The translations under genes were made by a program, and so were the position numbers. Below, piece after piece: positions 15,722 through 16,439 of a stretch of 16,439 nucleotides of DNA. The stretch comes from Gemmatimonadota bacterium (GTDB lineage: Bacteria > Gemmatimonadota > Gemmatimonadetes > Palauibacterales > Palauibacteraceae): positions 1 through 16,439 of the forward strand of contig JBDHAC010000071.1 of NCBI GenBank assembly GCA_039588275.1, read 5' to 3'. A model generated the notes under the pieces. The model saw only the letters and a list, made by a program, of their open reading frames with translations. It was not told where the DNA came from and ran no database searches. Position 1 is the first letter of the stretch. Each line of letters starts with the position of its first letter.

Positions 15722-16439
15722 TTGGGTTTGCCTTTCACCGGAAATCGCTACGACGTCGTTATTGCCGGGGCGCGGTGCGCCGGTGCGTCGACCGCGATGC
15801 TCCTGGCCCGCCGGGGGCTGCGAGTGCTCGTCGTCGACCCCGCCCGCTATGGAACGGACACCCTCTCGACGCACGCGCTCATGAGGGGCGCCGTGTTGCA
15901 GCTCCACCGTTGGGGAGTGCTCGACGCGGTCCGCGCGTCGGGTGCGCAGCCGATCCGGAAGACGACCTTCCATTACGGCGACGAGACGGTCGAGGTGATC
16001 ATCAAGGCGCGTGATGGGGTCGATGCCCTGTACGCTCCCAGGCGGACGGTGTTGGACCCCCTCCTCGTGGACGCGGCGAAGGAGGCGGGCGCGGAGGTGG
16101 TGTACGGTCAGGCCGTCGTCGACCTGATCCGCGACGATGGTGGTCGCATATCCGGCGCGAGGATCTCCGGCGCGGACCGGCAGGTGACCGACGTGTCGGC
16201 CGACCTCGTGATCGGGGCCGACGGGATCCGGTCGCGGGTCGCCCGGATTCTGGAGGCTGAGGTCGACTACGCCGTGCCCCACGCCGCCTGCTCCATCTAC
16301 GGGTACTGGACGGACGTGCCACTCGAGGGCTACCACTGGTTCTACGAGCTCGGAGTGAGCATCGGGACCATCCCCACCAACGACGGAGCCACCTGCCTGT
16401 TCGCGTTGATTCCGCAGGCCCTGTTCAGTGACCGGCGAC
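15722..16439 (+). CDS. NAD(P)/FAD-dependent oxidoreductase (geranylgeranyl-reductase/FixC-like), 3'-truncated; not in the ORF track
   Basis: Manual translation of frame 2: (M)GLPFTGNRYDVVIAGARCAGASTAMLLARRGLRVLVVD...DTLSTHALMRG...YAPRRTVLD..L..AA..AGA...ADLVIGADG.RS.VAR, open to the window end. In-frame TGA at 15698-15700; GAGGT precedes TTG 15722, so the exact start is uncertain. Confidence 0.9.
   Translation, partial: MGLPFTGNRYDVVIAGARCAGASTAMLLARRGLRVLVVDPARYGTDTLSTHALMRGAVLQLHRWGVLDAVRASGAQPIRKTTFHYGDETVEVIIKARDGVDALYAPRRTVLDPLLVDAAKEAGAEVVYGQAVVDLIRDDGGRISGARISGADRQVTDVSADLVIGADGIRSRVARILEAEVDYAVPHAACSIYGYWTDVPLEGYHWFYELGVSIGTIPTNDGATCLFALIPQALFSDRR

Noticed and set aside
15697..15750. 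Possible frameshift or insertion joining TTG15697 (MTLQN) to RYDVV of the oxidoreductase
   Set aside because: An in-frame TTG at 15722 with a GAGGT RBS explains the gene without a frameshift; this cannot be resolved without homolog alignment.
15206..16336. 376-aa minus-strand ORF and other long antisense or alternate-frame ORFs (e.g. 2334-3206, 8916-9734, 14006-14977, 14781-15656)
   Set aside because: Shadow ORFs of real genes in GC-rich DNA, with no recognisable motifs.
1..16439. Whole window as one oxidative-stress island or mobile element
   Set aside because: No integrase, transposase, att sites or tRNA seen; the modules have separate promoters and orientations, so a shared theme is unsupported.

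Overview
GC-rich bacterial window (GC judged by eye). The PadR-ADOP permease pair and overall gene content suggest Gemmatimonadota/Acidobacteriota, which is an inference. Left to right: 5'-truncated msrP and msrQ (+); a FitA/VapB-VapC toxin-antitoxin pair (-); an ArsR-SRPBCC-secreted hypothetical cluster (-) with a clear sigma70 promoter and a perfect 20-bp operator over the ArsR start codon; padR plus an orphan duplicated ABC permease (-); a secreted NTF2/SnoaL-like protein (+); a lipoprotein amidohydrolase coupled to a GntP permease (+). These converge on a minus-strand run of OsmC-like protein, flavin monooxygenase-like protein, lipoprotein gluconolactonase, gluconokinase and Gfo/Idh/MocA dehydrogenase. 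A divergent, 3'-truncated FAD-dependent oxidoreductase (+) that is missing from the ORF track closes the window. I saw no rRNA, tRNA, CRISPR array or transposase. The least explained signals are tiny bridging ORFs and duplicated start/stop junctions between several co-oriented genes, an atypical OsmC/FMO/flavoprotein redox trio, and an exported amidohydrolase linked to a sugar-acid uptake locus. All family calls come from motif recognition, not database searches.
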